A model generated the notes under the pieces. It was not told the DNA's origin. It saw only the letters and a program-made list of their open reading frames with translations, and made no database searches. This document shows, in pieces, positions 1 through 14,838 of a DNA stretch of 64,000 nucleotides; the stretch's first letter is position 1; each line of letters begins with the position of its first letter. The translations under genes were made by a program, and so were the position numbers. The DNA comes from Ruditapes philippinarum (Eukaryota). The stretch is from NCBI RefSeq assembly GCF_026571515.1, contig NW_026861405.1, positions 62,001 to 126,000 of the forward strand. Reading direction: 5' to 3'.

Positions 1-126
1 ATTTCAGGTCATCTTAAGAAAATTACACTGTATGGATATTATGTTTAATAATAACATGCATCACCAATTAAACATTTATGTTATGTACCAATGTAGATCA
101 ATTTATCTAGTAATTTAAAGAATTTT

Positions 127-345
127 CTAGAGAACACCATGTTGTACATGTTTAAAGTGAACTATTAAACTATGTACCCTTAAACTGAAATAAAACCTTT
201 GACAAAATTCTAAGTTATCTTTATTATTTATAGTGTACATTCCACAAGATGCAGTTTTATCAATAGATAATGTATTGACTCTTGTATTTACTGTCTTGGA
301 AATATATCTTGATTTTGGAAGTACATTGTTGGTATAATCTTGCAC
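127..345 (-). mobile_element. Possible degenerate LINE ORF2 C-terminal fragment
   Basis: The translation (..NLEFCQRFY.SLRVHS..KH..GVL) loosely resembles the post-RT region of CR1/L2-group LINEs; the similarity is weak. Confidence 0.25.
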
Positions 346-1190
346 AATATGAAGTTTAGATGCACAATGGCTGTAGGCTGTGTGTCCAGTCTATAAAATT
401 CTTTACCCTTTAAAGGAGTTTCATCAATTTACCGCAACACAGCAATGTTGAGGCCTTGTTCAAACTCCGTCAGGGGCAGTCATTTTTTGTTAAGCAAGTT
501 TATTTACCCATTGCTTAGTACTAGTTGGTTCAAAGATCATATTTGATAATGTGTTTTAAGCTTATAGCTTCATACACACACTTTAATAGACTGTGCCGGT
601 ATGATATTTGTATGGTAACGTCGTTGACATCATTTTCATGCGTCACTTCTCACGGCTGTGCTTTACAAATGTGTCTCTTGTTTTATGTACACCAAACTTT
701 ACATGATATATTATAAAACATTTGTTCATTTGTATACTGACATTGCTTGTTGCACTACAAAGCTAGTTAACAGTGTCTCGTTTATCAGAGGGGTTTTCCC
801 CTCGTAAAACAGATCTTAAACTGGGAATATGTCAGAATATCGGGGGATACATATAAAAGTACTTGGTTGTAGAAATCTTTGTAAATAAAAAATGCCAATG
901 ATTGTGATATGCTGCAACTTACACTGACAGATTTATAATTAATAAATGTTCTGTAACTGATGAAATACTGAATATCAAGATTACTAGATAATAACGTTTG
1001 ACTGATAGTTGATTTAATCTCTTGTGCTTTTAAGGAGTTTCAAATAAAACACGACGCTGTCATTTTTTTTGTGTGAAAATTCCGCAATATTTAATTTACA
1101 GTACATGTAAACAATATATTAAGTTGAAAGACATGTTATGATTACATGATTTTAAGCACCTAAAGATCATTAAGCTGTCCTGGTTGAAAA

Positions 1191-3278
1191 TTATTTCACT
1201 TCATATATAGAACGTTTCCTACGTGTAACTCGAATTTCTACAATCACATATAAAGTCATAGCAACCACAAGTAGAACTAACGCTATCATAAGTTTTGTTG
1301 AGACACATAAAAAGTTCCCATAGACAAACGTTATAGAAAACCCGACAGCTTTCCACGTGTGATAATTAGCGAACGCAGCGTCTTTCTTCTCCGGAAACAG
1401 AAGTGCCACCAACGCTGAAATAATAAAATATAAAATTTTGTTTTACTGTAATTCATCAACACCATATCAAATTGTGAAAGCATTTATATTATCAAATTAC
1501 TTTTGTCATGTTAAATGGCCTAGTATCACGGGGAGTAACCTTACTTAGGCAGAGCCGCAAGGCAAACAACACTTTATAATTTTCAAACTTCTATTAAAGC
1601 TTTATTTGTGGTCAAAATGAGACTTCACACCGACAGTTGTCACAAAATAGGCAATACTTAATCTTACCATTAGATTGCGTTTGCCATATTCCTTCAGCCA
1701 ATCCCCAGATGACTGGCAACACAAATATGAGCGTTATATCATCACGTTGAGGTATCCATAAGTATAGAGTGACCAATATACCAAAGTTTACCAGCCCTGC
1801 CACGATAAATAGCAAGTGACGTCCAGTGTATTGAGATATTTTACTCAGACTTAGAGCGAAAAATGTAGTCGAGCCGCCATATGCCGACATCACGAACCCA
1901 ATTTTCTGTATTCCAACAGGGCAGCTGATAAATGCCTAAATAATAATATACGTTATAATCATCATATAAAATCAACTATAAATAAATCTAAAACATTATA
2001 TATGTGGCAGTGCATATCAGTATATATTACATATATATTGGTAGAAATATCATTCCTTGGTCCAATCGAATTCAGGTCGAAATTCAATGATAAAATTGTG
2101 ATTCTCAAAAGAAATTACATTTTACGTTCTATTTTCGAAAGAATCTATAAAAGACACATTTCATTGTTTTGTTTAAGCAATACTGAAAGCGTGTTATTTA
2201 TTTAGTTCACTCTTAGCCTGATGACGTCATTGGAAACTCATTTAGTTAAAACATAGCCTAATGTCGGCAATAGATATTACCACGCAGACTGCACTGTTCG
2301 CTTTTCAGTCAGTATTTCTTTTTTTTTCTTTTTTAAGTTGACGATTGAAAGATGGGCAAGTCCATTTAAGTTATTTATTCTGGTTAGGGTTGAAATATTT
2401 TTTACCTTGGTATAATCTGTCCACAGAATCGCTTGTTCCATCGCCATGAACATGATTAGCGGAACAAGTAAAACTAGATTAACATCGAGCAAACCTTTCC
2501 CGCACAAAGTCAGAGAACTTAAAACGTTTGTTTTTTGTTTCGAAACTTGTTGTTTCAAAGGCGGAAGAAAACATGATGTGAGGATAACACCGGCAATATC
2601 ACATGCTAAAAATATTCCTAGCAGAATATAAACTACACGATGTTCCGGTTCGTCAATGCTGGTAGCGTTCGTTTCAAGTGGACAGTCTGTCTTACCACAG
2701 TAACTTACTGTCTCATTGCTGGCAGATTTATCGTTGTACGAACCTTGCTGAAGAACTAGTGATGAAATTAAATTTCCAGTTATCTGAGTAGTTTCGTACA
2801 TGGAAAAGAAGATGCCGTTGAATTTGCTCAAAATTGCATGTATATCTTTACCGGAAGTTGTCGCGTAGGAATATGACATTTCGGAAATGTAAATACTTTG
2901 AGATGTCCACATTGGTCCAGCCGTCATACCTAATAGCACAGAAGATGGAATCAATGTAAAGAATGAGGGATAAAAGTTCGTGATTGTGTAAATCACGTGA
3001 CATAAAAATGAGATAATAAGCGTCCGTTTTTCTCCGATTACTTTTATTATTGTCGGTGCAAGAATTCCGGAAATGATTATGCATGCATACATGCTAGATA
3101 GTGAAATAATTCCAAGTCCATGTTCTTGATTAAGACTACTCTGTAGATTTTGTATAGCGAGGTATGCGGTAAAAACTGCAGTAAAACTTCCCGATAATAT
3201 CAATACATTTCTCAGTTCTCTCCCTTTATGAGCATCATTTTCTTCCAGTTTCCCACTCGAACCCGTTTCTTCTTTCAT
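1191..3278 (-). CDS. UNC93A: UNC-93-like (UNC93A-type) MFS membrane protein, 3 coding exons, ~454 aa
   Basis: Exons 3278-2406, 1935-1668 and 1414-1191, with GT-AG introns in consistent phases (total 1365 nt). UNC-93 motifs: FTAYLAIQNLQSSLN..GLG..SLS, NFYP, GPMWTSQSIY, GIFFSMYETTQITGNLISS, AFISCPVGI..IGFVM, WGLAEGIWQTQ, AAFANYHTWKAVGF. A probable acceptor (tttatag) at 3283-3284 implies an upstream non-coding exon. Confidence 0.9.
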
Positions 3279-5351
3279 AATGCTATAAATGTTGATAAAA
3301 CATGTATATTGATAACAATTTGCAGAATTTTTTTTCTGAATAATTTATCTTAGCTTGTATTTTCGTTACAATTCAAGTCACTTTTGTCATCTTAAGAAAG
3401 CATTATTTAACACCAACATCAACAACATTACAAAAGCATGACATCGTTTATCAAGAAGGAGGAAAGCATCTATTTTAATGTCATACAATAAATATTGTTT
3501 TTTTTTAGATTTATTTGTTAATTATTAAGTGGTATAATAATATAATAACCTACATAAATAGTAGAAAGTACAAAATGTAATTAATTCCCTAGTATAGATA
3601 TTTAAACACAGGGAATAATAAAGTTGTATATAATTTTGAATATCTACTCACATTGCTATGTTTATCCATATACACTAATGTGAACTGTATGACTTTCTTG
3701 GTTTATCAGCTACAATAAGATACCACATATAAATCTAATGAATCTTCGTTATCGCACAATTATATGGCGGACATACCACGCGATATTAATTTTTTGGGGA
3801 CTTAATTGAACACGATAGGTATGTCAACATTATTATGAAACATATAAAGCATATTGAATAAATAATTGGTTCAATAGTGAGTTTGTACATTGAATAAAAT
3901 CATATTATGCGAGCCTCTGTCAAAACTTGGTATACAAATATGTAACCAATGCACTTTCAGTATTACCAATTTTACTTCTTCGTTTTCATTTTCCGAGTCC
4001 AAAAATCGATATCAAATCCTTATTGTACTCCATTTAGCCTCGTTTTCATTTTTAAAATTGTTATTTAATTCCGCATAGCATCGTTTTCGTTGTCAGTGTA
4101 CGTCTGTACATAGCGCCTAGTCCAATATACTAGTAGGTTTGACATGTGGGCCTGGTTGTGAAATCTTGACAGCTGTGTACCTTTCCAATATAATTCAATA
4201 TTGTACTCAACAATGTAAAGTTACCTCATATTATGATCAAACTTATATTAATCACAACGGCAACTTGCGTGTTAAAGATTCAAGATGGAAAAATATTAGA
4301 AGAACATTTCGGATTACTTCAATTAGATTTAATTTAACTTCGCATGACTGAAGAATACAAAAGATGTTGATATTATAACAGAAATAGAATAAACATAATT
4401 TGTAAATATTTGCAACCAAAAATTGAATGAAGTATAATAAATTATTGATGATGGATATTATTTTCTTCTTGGCTGTCCAGTATGTGGGGAGTTTAGCTCG
4501 AAAACTACACAACGTTTATTTTCTGTACGTTATGTAGTATAGCCGCAGAACGTTATGTGCGCGGATCACTGATGCGTATATCACGTGATCTACGCTTTTA
4601 ACTCGGACTCGATTGTGAAGATTATTGTATTTTAGCCAATTGTTCTATATGATTTTGGAACAAGTATTTGATTGTATTTTAAAAACGCAATACAGATCTT
4701 TTTTTTCAAAAAATGCAAGTAACAGTCATGCAAATGGGTATATTTTAGCAAAGTAATTTAAACATGCTATAAGTTTATTATAATCAAACCCCGGTACCAT
4801 AGCAATAGTTTAACTTCCCATACAATGTGGGCTGATTGTTTAATCTCTGGTTTTTAACATGAACTATCATACTTTACTCTGAAATGATACTTATTATACG
4901 AATTAAGACTTACAAGATGAAATTATTGTCTTTTTCTTTCTTACACGTAATGTCATAAAATTATGTATATTTTTTATATGTATGGAAATGAAGTTGTGAA
5001 TTATTGTTTTGCAATATTGACTCGAGACTTATTTAATTTATGGAAGTTTTCCGTTGTTTCTCTTGTCACTTGTCAGACATTTATTCTTTTTTTTAAATAC
5101 ATAACAGAAATATGGGCAAATTGTATAAACAAGGGACATAATAATTACACGTCTCACATTATGTATTGGATCGTATTATCTCCCATAATCCGAAGTGACT
5201 TTTCATGAAATAAAATGTTTATTGTTTACTACTGTTCCATTTCACACTTGTTTAATGTTAAGGTAGCTTACAAATCAATCTAAATATATTTCTATATAGT
5301 TCATATATCAATTTTAACATATGCAACTATCGATTATAAATATATGCTTCT

Positions 5352-6143
5352 ATAAACAGATGCTAATTTTGAGTCACATATCAATATAAACAAATGCTAT
5401 TTTTGAGTCACATATCAATATAAACAAATGCTATTTTGAGTCAGATACCAATTTTGATATAAACAAATGCTATTTTGAGTTACATATCAATATAAACAAA
5501 TGCTATTTTGAGTTACATATCAATATAAACAAATGCTATTTTTGAGTCACATATCAATATTAACAAATGCTATTTTGAGTTACATATCAATATAAACAAA
5601 TGCTATTTTGAATCACATATCAATATAAACAAATGCTAATTTGGGTCATATATCAATATAAATAAATGCTATTTTTGAGACACATATCAATATAAAGAAA
5701 TGCTATTTTTGAGACAAATATCAATATAAACAGATGCTATTTTTTGGTCACATATCAATATAAACAAATGCTATTTTGAGTCACATATCAATATAAACAA
5801 ATGCTATTTTTGAGTCACATATCAATATAAACAAATGCTATTTTTTGAGTCACATATCAATATAAACAAATGCTATATTTGAGTCACATATCAATATAAA
5901 CAAATGCTATTTTTTGAGTCACATATCAATATAAACAAATGCTATTTTTGAGTCACATATCAATTTAAACAAATGCTATTTTTGAGTTACATATCAATAT
6001 AAACAAATGCTATTTTGAGTCACATATCAATATAAACAAATGCTATTTTAAGTTACATATCAATATAAACAAATGCTTTTTTAAGTCACATATCAATATA
6101 AACAAATGCTAATTTGAGTCACATATCAATATAAACAAATGCT
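5352..6143. repeat. ~33-35 bp AT-rich minisatellite, ~24 copies
   Basis: Unit AAACAAATGCTATTTT(T)GAGTCACATATCAATAT repeated head-to-tail with a variable T-run. Confidence 0.95.
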
Positions 6144-6987
6144 TCTTATCACGAACAAATTTAAGAATATTTAAACAATTTGAATCTGTTCAGTATGTAC
6201 AGGTTTGCAAAAAAAAAAGAATATATAATTAACTAGTGTAATAATGCATACATAAATCCTTTTATATATGATATATTATAGATACATTAAAAATCTAAAG
6301 TCAACACAAATATAATTTTGCAATAGTCAGCTGTAACCTTATGGAAAATAGTGGGGACTTTTATTTTTGTATTTTCAAAGTCCTGGCTCTCCGGACACAC
6401 ATGGAAATTCCCGTTAAAAGCAGGGCACTACGATTTTAAGTCGGTCATTTTCTGATAATCCTTACGCAAATAAAATAGTTATTTCGTTATTGATCGAACA
6501 TTTTTTTGTTATGGTCAAAGTGAGCTTGACCTAAAGATTGATATCATAAGGGCTTAGTAAGATTTTTATTAACTAAAAGAATGGATGTAGAACCGACTGT
6601 TTAAAAGCCTATAAAAAGTAAAGAACTCGATATCTAGTATTTTCAATTCTGTTAACACATTCATGTATGACCAGTTTAAAATATGTACATTGTTATCCTG
6701 ATACTATTGTTAAATCAGAATTTACAGGACAATCGGCAACAAATTTGTTTTCAATATCATTAATGTGTAGGAAAATACATTTTCTTGAAATTTTCAGAAT
6801 ATTTACGCATCTAAATATAATCTATGTATATCTACCACTTTCGGATATTAACACGGACATGCCGGCACTGTAATATTCACTTATTGAATTTTCCTTTAAA
6901 TGATGGTTTTGTGAAGAATAACAGATGGACCAGTCGAATCATTTTGTAAATTAAGGTATTCCGCACTATAAAATACGCAACGTCGGT

Positions 6988-7086
6988 AATTCTACCCTAG
7001 TGCCCATTCGTGCCTGAAATAATGCACCTAGGGGCACATGAGATCTTCCAGGAAAGCCGCATTTACAGTGTTGGTGTGACGTAAAC
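6988..7086 (+). mobile_element. 3' fragment of a tRNA-derived SINE (same family as 38222-38418)
   Basis: TTCTACCCTAGTGCCCATTCGTGCCTGAAATAATGCACC..GGGGCAC..GGAAAG..GTGTTGGTGTGACGTAAAC resembles the 3' half of a common bivalve SINE (recalled) and overlaps the 38.2-kb copy in sequence. Confidence 0.55.
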
Positions 7087-9655
7087 ATTCCGCCCCCTGC
7101 CGCCACCCCCTCCCCACAAACCACCATTATCAAAATATATTATTACTATTATTATTTCTTTAAATATTGACCTTAGTTTGATTGAAATAAGACCAAGGTC
7201 ATGATCTAACACCTAGTTTATTTGACTCTTTACGGGTGATTTTCAGTTTATTTCCAGGAAAAAAAAGAAACACCTAAAAATAGAATATTACACTCACGAA
7301 AGTCAAATAAAAACAGGACTGGGGCAAGCACGACCCGATGTCACGAAAACAGCCAGTTTGGAAATTATTACGACAGAAAATAACAGTGCATATGGTAAAA
7401 TATGCCTTAATTGGAAACTGATATGTAAATCTTTAAACAATAAAAGACCTGTACGCACGAAAAAGCAATATTTCTTTATCTGTTGACGAAAATAGCCCTA
7501 CCTGGACATGCCTTTATACTAAACAGCAATTTCCAATAATTTGCTTTTGTTTCTGTAAATATTGTAAATATGAAAGTCGGTCTAATAGTGTATAAAGTAA
7601 TACCTGCTCGTCCATATGGTATGAGGGTAAACAAACAAAATAAACACATAAATAGTATATAATACGCGTTTTAAGATATAAAGCGAGTGGTAAGACAGAC
7701 TAAACATTCAATTATTATTAAATAATCATTTGTATTGTAAAAATCTCCAAAATGCATTACTGTATAGCCAATTTAATTTAAATACGGGGCTTTTGCGTCA
7801 ACTAACTTGTATGCTTTGACGAGTATATCTAGCGTTAATTTATTAAATACATATTTAATCATAAGACCATTAATATGGTTGCTTATACATGTATATTTAG
7901 ACTATATTTGATCAAACTTTCATACAAGAGTCCACAAATAAGTGGTGCATTTATTAGAGGGTTTGTGAATCTTACTGCCAGATTTATATATTTAAAAAAA
8001 ACTAAGGTATTGGTGAATGATTTACATAGTTATTGTTTATGTTTAGAGACGATTTTAATTGCCTTGTTGTTAGACATCAATGTTTACTTTTTGTTTGTAT
8101 CTTAATGCGTGACACAACTTAAATTGTTCTTCATTGTTGATCAAATAGACATTACGAACACAAACTCGGCATTTCAAGTGTTTGAAATAGTTTATTAAAA
8201 ATATTTGTCAAAACATAGATAATACAAATCTACTGATGATATTGATCAATGAAATTGTAGAAATATTCGGTTATTTTAGTAATTATACTAACACGGATTT
8301 ACATACCTAAAATAGTTTAAAAGTTAACAAATCACTGTAATATTTTCACTCGAGATGGGTATTTTGTCATTTTTTTTTGTCAGACAGATAACAGAAATCT
8401 GTGGTTGGGTAGACATTCAAATTTAATTCACCCCTTTTTAAATACGTGTAGTAGTATTATAATGTTAACGCGTGTAATCATCGTCTGGTTGAGCGAATCG
8501 TATTCCCCCATTTAGCGGAAGATATTGAACATTTCCGATTTTATGTAAACAACCTATTAAGAAATGTTATCATCTGAAGTGTTAACTCATTGAAATGATT
8601 AAAATTGAATGTTTACTTTAGATATCATTCATTAATAAAAATAATAAAGCATGTCATTTTAACACTAGAAAACATTCGTATCTAAAGTTTGTACCCGACA
8701 CTTCACATGTAATATGTTCATCATATATCCTTTACGAACCTCTATCTAAAGGGGTAAATCCCTCCCTCCCTCCGACGTGTTTTTTTATACAAGAGATTTC
8801 TGTTAACACTGAAGAAACATAAGCAAAGTTTAGCGAAATAGGTCGAAAGCAACATTACAAAAGATCTTTTTTTTTTCTTTTTCTTTTGTAAATTTCATCT
8901 GACAGACTATATGGAGCAGGGACGGGGTCTTTTGGAAGGACTTGTTGTCAGACGGTGTTAACGCTCTTATTGAGAATTATTCACGTGATATTGTAATTCC
9001 ATGCAGTACACCAATAGTTTAAGAGACCATATATATGTAATTCAACACCATGGAGGTTGATATTCTTCTCGTGATGACTGTAAACAACACTAAAGAAGTA
9101 TGCGGGCTTTATACCTTCCCTCTAACCAAATAAAATTAATTCGGTAGCTTAAATTTCCCACAAGCCATTTTAACATATGTACGTCAAAGGAAGAATATCG
9201 GGGAAAACATGTTGATTTATTTTGTAAACCTTCTGTTTCTGTTTATTGAAATTTTACATTTTTGTTCATTAAAAGTGCATGTATATATTCAGCTAATTAG
9301 CCAATTTGATTTACCAACAATTTACTTCCATGCTTATAAAACCACACATACATTTTCACAGTTCTATACTTTGTCATTCAATCACTACCATTATAGTTAT
9401 TCAATAAAATGCAGGAAGTTTATCGATGAATAGATATGATTAATTTATATATATTACGTGTCACGTAATTGAAGACAATATATTTTAAGGAAGTTTAAAA
9501 GAAACCAATATATCCCGATCATTTATTTCTTACAATGGGAACTACTGTATATGGCGTGTATACATGTATATTTACGCATTATGTGAGATGAATTTTTTAA
9601 ATTGTGTGCTATGTTTATAGTAATATAAACTTAGTTTTGTTTTTAAACAAAGAAT

Positions 9656-9945
9656 TCACCGAAATATTATCATCATAACCAACACTACCACCACAAACAT
9701 CGCCGTTGCCGCGGCGCCGTCACCACCACCACCACCACAACTATTACAACCATCATCATCATTATGACCAACATTATCACCGCAATAATGATAATCATCA
9801 TCACCGTCATCATCATGAACATGATTACCACCACAACCGCCCATCACCCTCGTTATCACACCTCTTCTAACCAATTACCACCCTATCACCATCATCATCA
9901 TCACGACTACCATCCTCAAAATCATTATCCCCACCACCATCATCA
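9656..9945. repeat. Degenerate (CAC/CAT)n low-complexity tract
   Basis: Runs of caccac/catcat; source of the spurious His-rich and Gly/Asp-rich ORFs. Confidence 0.8.
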
Positions 9946-10020
9946 GTATGAAATTGTCAGATCATTAATTTCTTTTACTTTACTTGTTCAATTAAGTAAT
10001 GACTTTAATGGTATTTGGAA

Positions 10021-10228
10021 CCGCCTCCGTGGTCGAGGGGTTAGAGTCGATGACTTCTAATCCAGTTACCTCTCTGGCGTGGGTTCGATCCCCGGGAGAT
10101 ACTTTGGTAGTTTAGCGCGGAGGAAGGTAGTCTAGTACTGGTGTAACTCTCCAGGAACGTTGGTTAGGAAACTACCCGCCTATATGACTGAAATACTGTA
10201 AAAGGCGTAAAATGAAACAAACAAAAAA
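10021..10228 (+). mobile_element. Near full-length tRNA-derived SINE with TSD
   Basis: A-box-like TGGTCGAGGGG (10030) and B-box GGTTCGATCCC (10082). 3' end TGACTGAAATACTGT..AAGGCGTAAAATGAAACAAACA. Flanked by the imperfect duplication TAATGGTATTTGGAA / TAATAGTATTTGAA. Confidence 0.8.
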
Positions 10229-11880
10229 TAATAGTATTTGAAGATAACACATTAAAATAATGAAAAATCGCATTAAAATGGCCTTCAAATATCATTACAA
10301 ATAAAAAAACAACAAAAATAATTAACAACACACGCAGACGCACGCATTAAAGTGAAAAAAAATATAATAGTGTAAATCAAGACGGTGATAAAAATGTTTT
10401 TTGTTCGTTTTTGTTGTTGTTGTTGTTGTTGTTGTTTTTTGTTTGTTTGTTTTTTAACAGACACATGTACATATAAATGTACTATAAGTGTGATGATTTT
10501 TACTTCTGAATCACAAGACACGTGTTATATTTGATTTTTAAAAGCAAAAATAGAACTAGGTGATAATAATTATTATTCCAAACATTGTTTATATATGTAA
10601 ACACTAAACAGCGTGTGCTTCAAAATGATGTTTTACACTGTCATTATGAGTTTGTCATTTGGGTTATTAGAAAATGTTACTAATATTAGAAATAACAAAA
10701 CTGATGATAAAGTGAAGTTATTATATCCGGCATTTATTATAATTTTGCTTGCTAATCACTAGGTCAAAATACTAATTATATTTATGACATATTGTTGAAC
10801 TGAATGGTTATTTTTGTCGATCCCTGATAACATCCGCAACATAAGGAACGGCTTCGGTACACGTGACGTAGTGGTACGTCATTCTTTTCATGTCGGCTAA
10901 AGAATACATTTTAAATTGTGCTTATTTCATGCATCGCTTATTTTATTATTATATTTTATTTTTTTCTAGTTAAAATGCTAGGTATACTAATAAACGTATA
11001 CATGTGTAGAATTAACACTGTTTTCAATGTAATTGTATGTTTACTTTGATTTAATAGATCTGTAAGAAAACCTTCATTATAAAGTTATTACATTTGTTAC
11101 ATTTCGGACTAGGTTATTATAACTCTTTCTCGATTAAAAATGTTCACCATGTAAATTCGTGCTTATTAAGCATGATAACATGATCTTAAATTCACGTTAG
11201 TCTTTTTTTTTAATTCTAAGTTTTTAGTGCATATATACAAAAATTCAAACTACTAAATATATCATTCCACAACATGCATATTATTTTCAAACATGTAAAC
11301 AATTTGTTGATCATTATACTAAAGTATTTAAGATATGTGGTTAAAATGCGTCTGTTGCGTGTTAAACAAGGGCATTTATCAATGAAAATCTAGTCATTAT
11401 TAGTGAAACAATGCAAGAATTTATTTTCTACCTATTGATTTACCTAAGAATAGGTTACTTGCATAATGATATAATAGCTTAGTAAAGGCTCTAAATATTT
11501 TGACATTTTGAAATTTCACGTTTTGAAAAAAAAAATCAAATGTACCGAAAATATTCATAAAGACTGTAAGATGATGGCATGTAAAAATGTCTTGTTTCTG
11601 ACATGGTGGTGATTTCAAACGAATATTGGTTGATTTCACAACCCCTTTCATTCTTCTCCACATACCTGAACAAAATAAGATGTCTGACTAATGTGAGTTA
11701 AATCGACAACCATTAAATTTACTTGCCTATATAGAATTAACAAGGTCAAAAAAAGGAATTGACAAAGAAAATGGCTTTAACACGTTCATTTTGTATCACT
11801 CAGCTGTTTTTGTTGTTTATGAAATATGAAATTCTGTAAAGATTGGCCTCTTGATACTTTTGATACTTTTTTTTCATAAA

Positions 11881-12097
11881 TGAGCCGCGTCACGACAAAA
11901 CCAACATAATGGGTTTGCGACCAGCATGGATCCAGACCAGCCTGCGCTTCCGCGCAGTCTGATCAGGATCCATGCTGTTCGCTATCAGTTTCTCTACTTG
12001 TAATAGAGTTTGTAAGCGAACAGCATGGATGCGCAGGCTGGTCTGGATCCATGCTGGTCGCAAACCCATTATGTTGGTCTTGTCGTGACACAGCTCA
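11881..12097. mobile_element. Palindromic MITE with ~65-bp TIRs
   Basis: TGAGCCGCGTCACGACAAAACCAACATAATGGGTTTGCGACCAGCATGGATCCAGACCAGCCTGCGC at the left is mirrored at the right (..GCAGGCTGGTCTGGATCCATGCTGGTCGCAAACCCATTATGTTGGTCTTGTCGTGACACAGCTCA), with an inner inverted GGATCCATGCTGTTCGC pair. Confidence 0.85.
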
Positions 12098-13919
12098 AAT
12101 ATTTCTTCATTTTCTTATCGAAGATAGATATAATAGAACAAAAGTCAGTAGAGTGAAATGTGAATTTTGAGCTTTCATTCCATCTAGAGACAATGTCAGC
12201 ATTCAGCAAATTCAAAGCATATTTATATCAGAAAAATAGGAGTTGTTTTTAAAGGTGTTAAAATTGCGGAAGTTTTTTGCCTCCATTGTCAGTGTAACAT
12301 TTATTATTCGATGAAATTTACACTCCACGTAATGGTATGCTAATCTCTTTTTTTTTCTCTTTTTTTAAAAGTCCCTTTTCAATACAGAGTGACATTACAT
12401 TTAAAATAAACATTATGAAAAGGAATAACGTAAAAATAAATGTTGCACATGGACACATTTATGTGCAAACTTATGTACTTCGGTTATTTTGTAGAAATTA
12501 TGCCATAAAGAATTTGGTATATTTTCAAATTTCAATAGTGAAACTACAATCTATGTTTTTCCTGTTGTTTGGTATTTTTGTTGTTTGTTGTTGCTGCTGC
12601 TGTTGTTGAATTTTTACGTCACACTGATACTTAATGATCGTTATGGCGACTTCCAAGCAAATTTAACCGAACATACAAAACCGAAAATTTTGCTGTATAT
12701 ATACTACAGCGTTGATTTTGTTCTTGTATTTTATATGCAGCATTGTATGGTAATTGTAGATATTAGAAGTATAAGTTCCGCATACTCTGTTTAATAAAAA
12801 AAACGGTCACCAAATTTCAGAGAAATTGGAATATGTGTTTGAAAAACTATCAATGTACAGTGTATGTTATATATGTACACGTAATTCTACAGAAATTCTT
12901 CAATGCATTCATGTATATTCGTATATTTCATGATTACATGAAAATTAATAGGTATACATTTAAAGCTGCAATACTCCAGATGAGCCGAAACATTTCAATA
13001 AAATCAAACTTTGGAGAAATTCTAAATAAAATAAATGTTATGTGCAATTAATTACTGATTTTGCAGTATTTATCACTATATTTCTTCTGCGTGACTAACG
13101 CAGTAAGGGCTATTTTTGCTTATTTTGACATCTTGTTGTGTAGTTAACGTCGATTGTCAGTTCCGTGTAAATTGCTTTCTTCACTTCACAATACATTCTT
13201 TCTAAACATTTTCAAAACTTTCATGAACATTAGCATGAATCTGGAGGCATTTTACTTTAATATAGTTATATACGGTGAACACAATCTCAATTTTTTCATG
13301 AAGATGACCGATTCGTCGACCAGTTATCAGAAAAATATGCTCAATTTTGTATATTCTTAGTGACATTTTGTATATAGAACTGCGGCATACTAACTTGTCA
13401 CATAATAAAAATAAAGTGGTTTTTGTTCAAATTTCCGTGGCTTCTCTTCTGAGCTAGATTATATAGAATTATTATTAACTAAAATGCAGAAAAAAAAGCA
13501 AAAACCCAGGCGATGATTGGGTGTTTAATTGCTATTCGTTACTAAACTCTATACATTTTATGCTAAATAAACAGCAAAAAAATAAAATAAACTAATGTTT
13601 TATTTTATTTTGTTTATCAAATCAATTTTGTTTTATCATTTTATAAAGAAACAGAGATTGACGTGTTTTTTTGCACTATAAAGGATTCACAGGTCATCAA
13701 ACCATGACCTAAAGTTAACTTCTCCACCCGGCTATGTTTCACACATTTTTTAGAGTATAACGTATTTATGATACGCCAAAGCTCGCCCTAATGGCTGACC
13801 GCTGGTCATTCTAAATTCAACTTTAACGCACTACTAAAATAACACAGTACTGTGATACTAATAAATGCAGACCCTCGGGATATCGATGTAATGAAATGAG
13901 AATGAAAGAAAAGGCAAAC

Positions 13920-14838
13920 ATTTAAATCATTTTTTTTTATTTCAAACTTAACATTAAAAATAAATAAATAAATCTAACAAATAAAGTAAATTGTAAATAC
14001 AAAAACTTGTAAAACATAAATAAGAAAATATGTATTGCACATGTAACAGTATATTTTTTAAAGATCAAGATACCGACAAAAACTAAACGCACATCGTTAA
14101 ATACTGTACTTCTAGCAAATAAATAATAATAAAAAAACGCAAATAAATGACAATAACCCGTACACTTTCTAGCAATAGGAATTACGCAAATAAATAACTG
14201 ACATCCTTACAATTTAACACTTATTCGTCCTTAAATAGTCCCCCTCCAAAATAAATAAATAAATAAATAATAAAAAAAAATCAAAAAGATAGGATTAAAT
14301 GAAATAAAAATAATTTATATAAAAAAGTCAATTAAAAACCCCAATAAAGTAGGAATGATTGATATGTTCAAAGTGTAAATTAATTTGAAATTTGTTCTGA
14401 GTGCCTCAGCTTTTGTAGAATAAATGTATAAGAAATGCAATAATGATAACATTAATAATGATAATAATAATTGTTATCATTATAAAATAAAACCACAAGT
14501 AATATTCTCCACTCTTTAAAGAGAGAAAATGCACATCATTTATAATAAATGCATAAATATCAAACGAGCGAAATAAGGGTGTATAAATGTATATATGTAA
14601 AATATTATAAGAATAAAAATGTTAAACATCACATGTACCATAATGCTATGAACTTTAACTATATTGTAAAAGAAAAAGTCTCTGAACACATTTGTTTCTA
14701 TAAATCTAAATAAAGTATTGTACAACCTTACACTGTGTCATTATTATCATAGGGAGCCAGTATGGCCCAACATATATGTCCATAAACTTGGACAAAATGC
14801 CTTACTGGCAATGATGTACTGTCGTAATCCCAAATATC
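13920..14838 (-). promoter_or_regulatory. Putative IL-17 3' UTR with AU-rich elements and polyA signal
   Basis: The minus strand has many ATTTA/TTATTTATT motifs (e.g. 13958-13975, 14250-14272) and an AATAAA at 13941-13936. Confidence 0.5.

Noticed and set aside
2277-2405. C-terminal tail of the 333-aa ORF
   Set aside because: Intron read-through after the AAG|GTAAAA donor.
9656-10060. His-rich or Gly/Asp-rich small proteins
   Set aside because: They arise from a CAY low-complexity tract, and the + ORF runs into a SINE.
10021-10100. tRNA gene
   Set aside because: A/B boxes are present, but the sequence continues into a SINE body, tail and TSD, and no full cloverleaf is evident.
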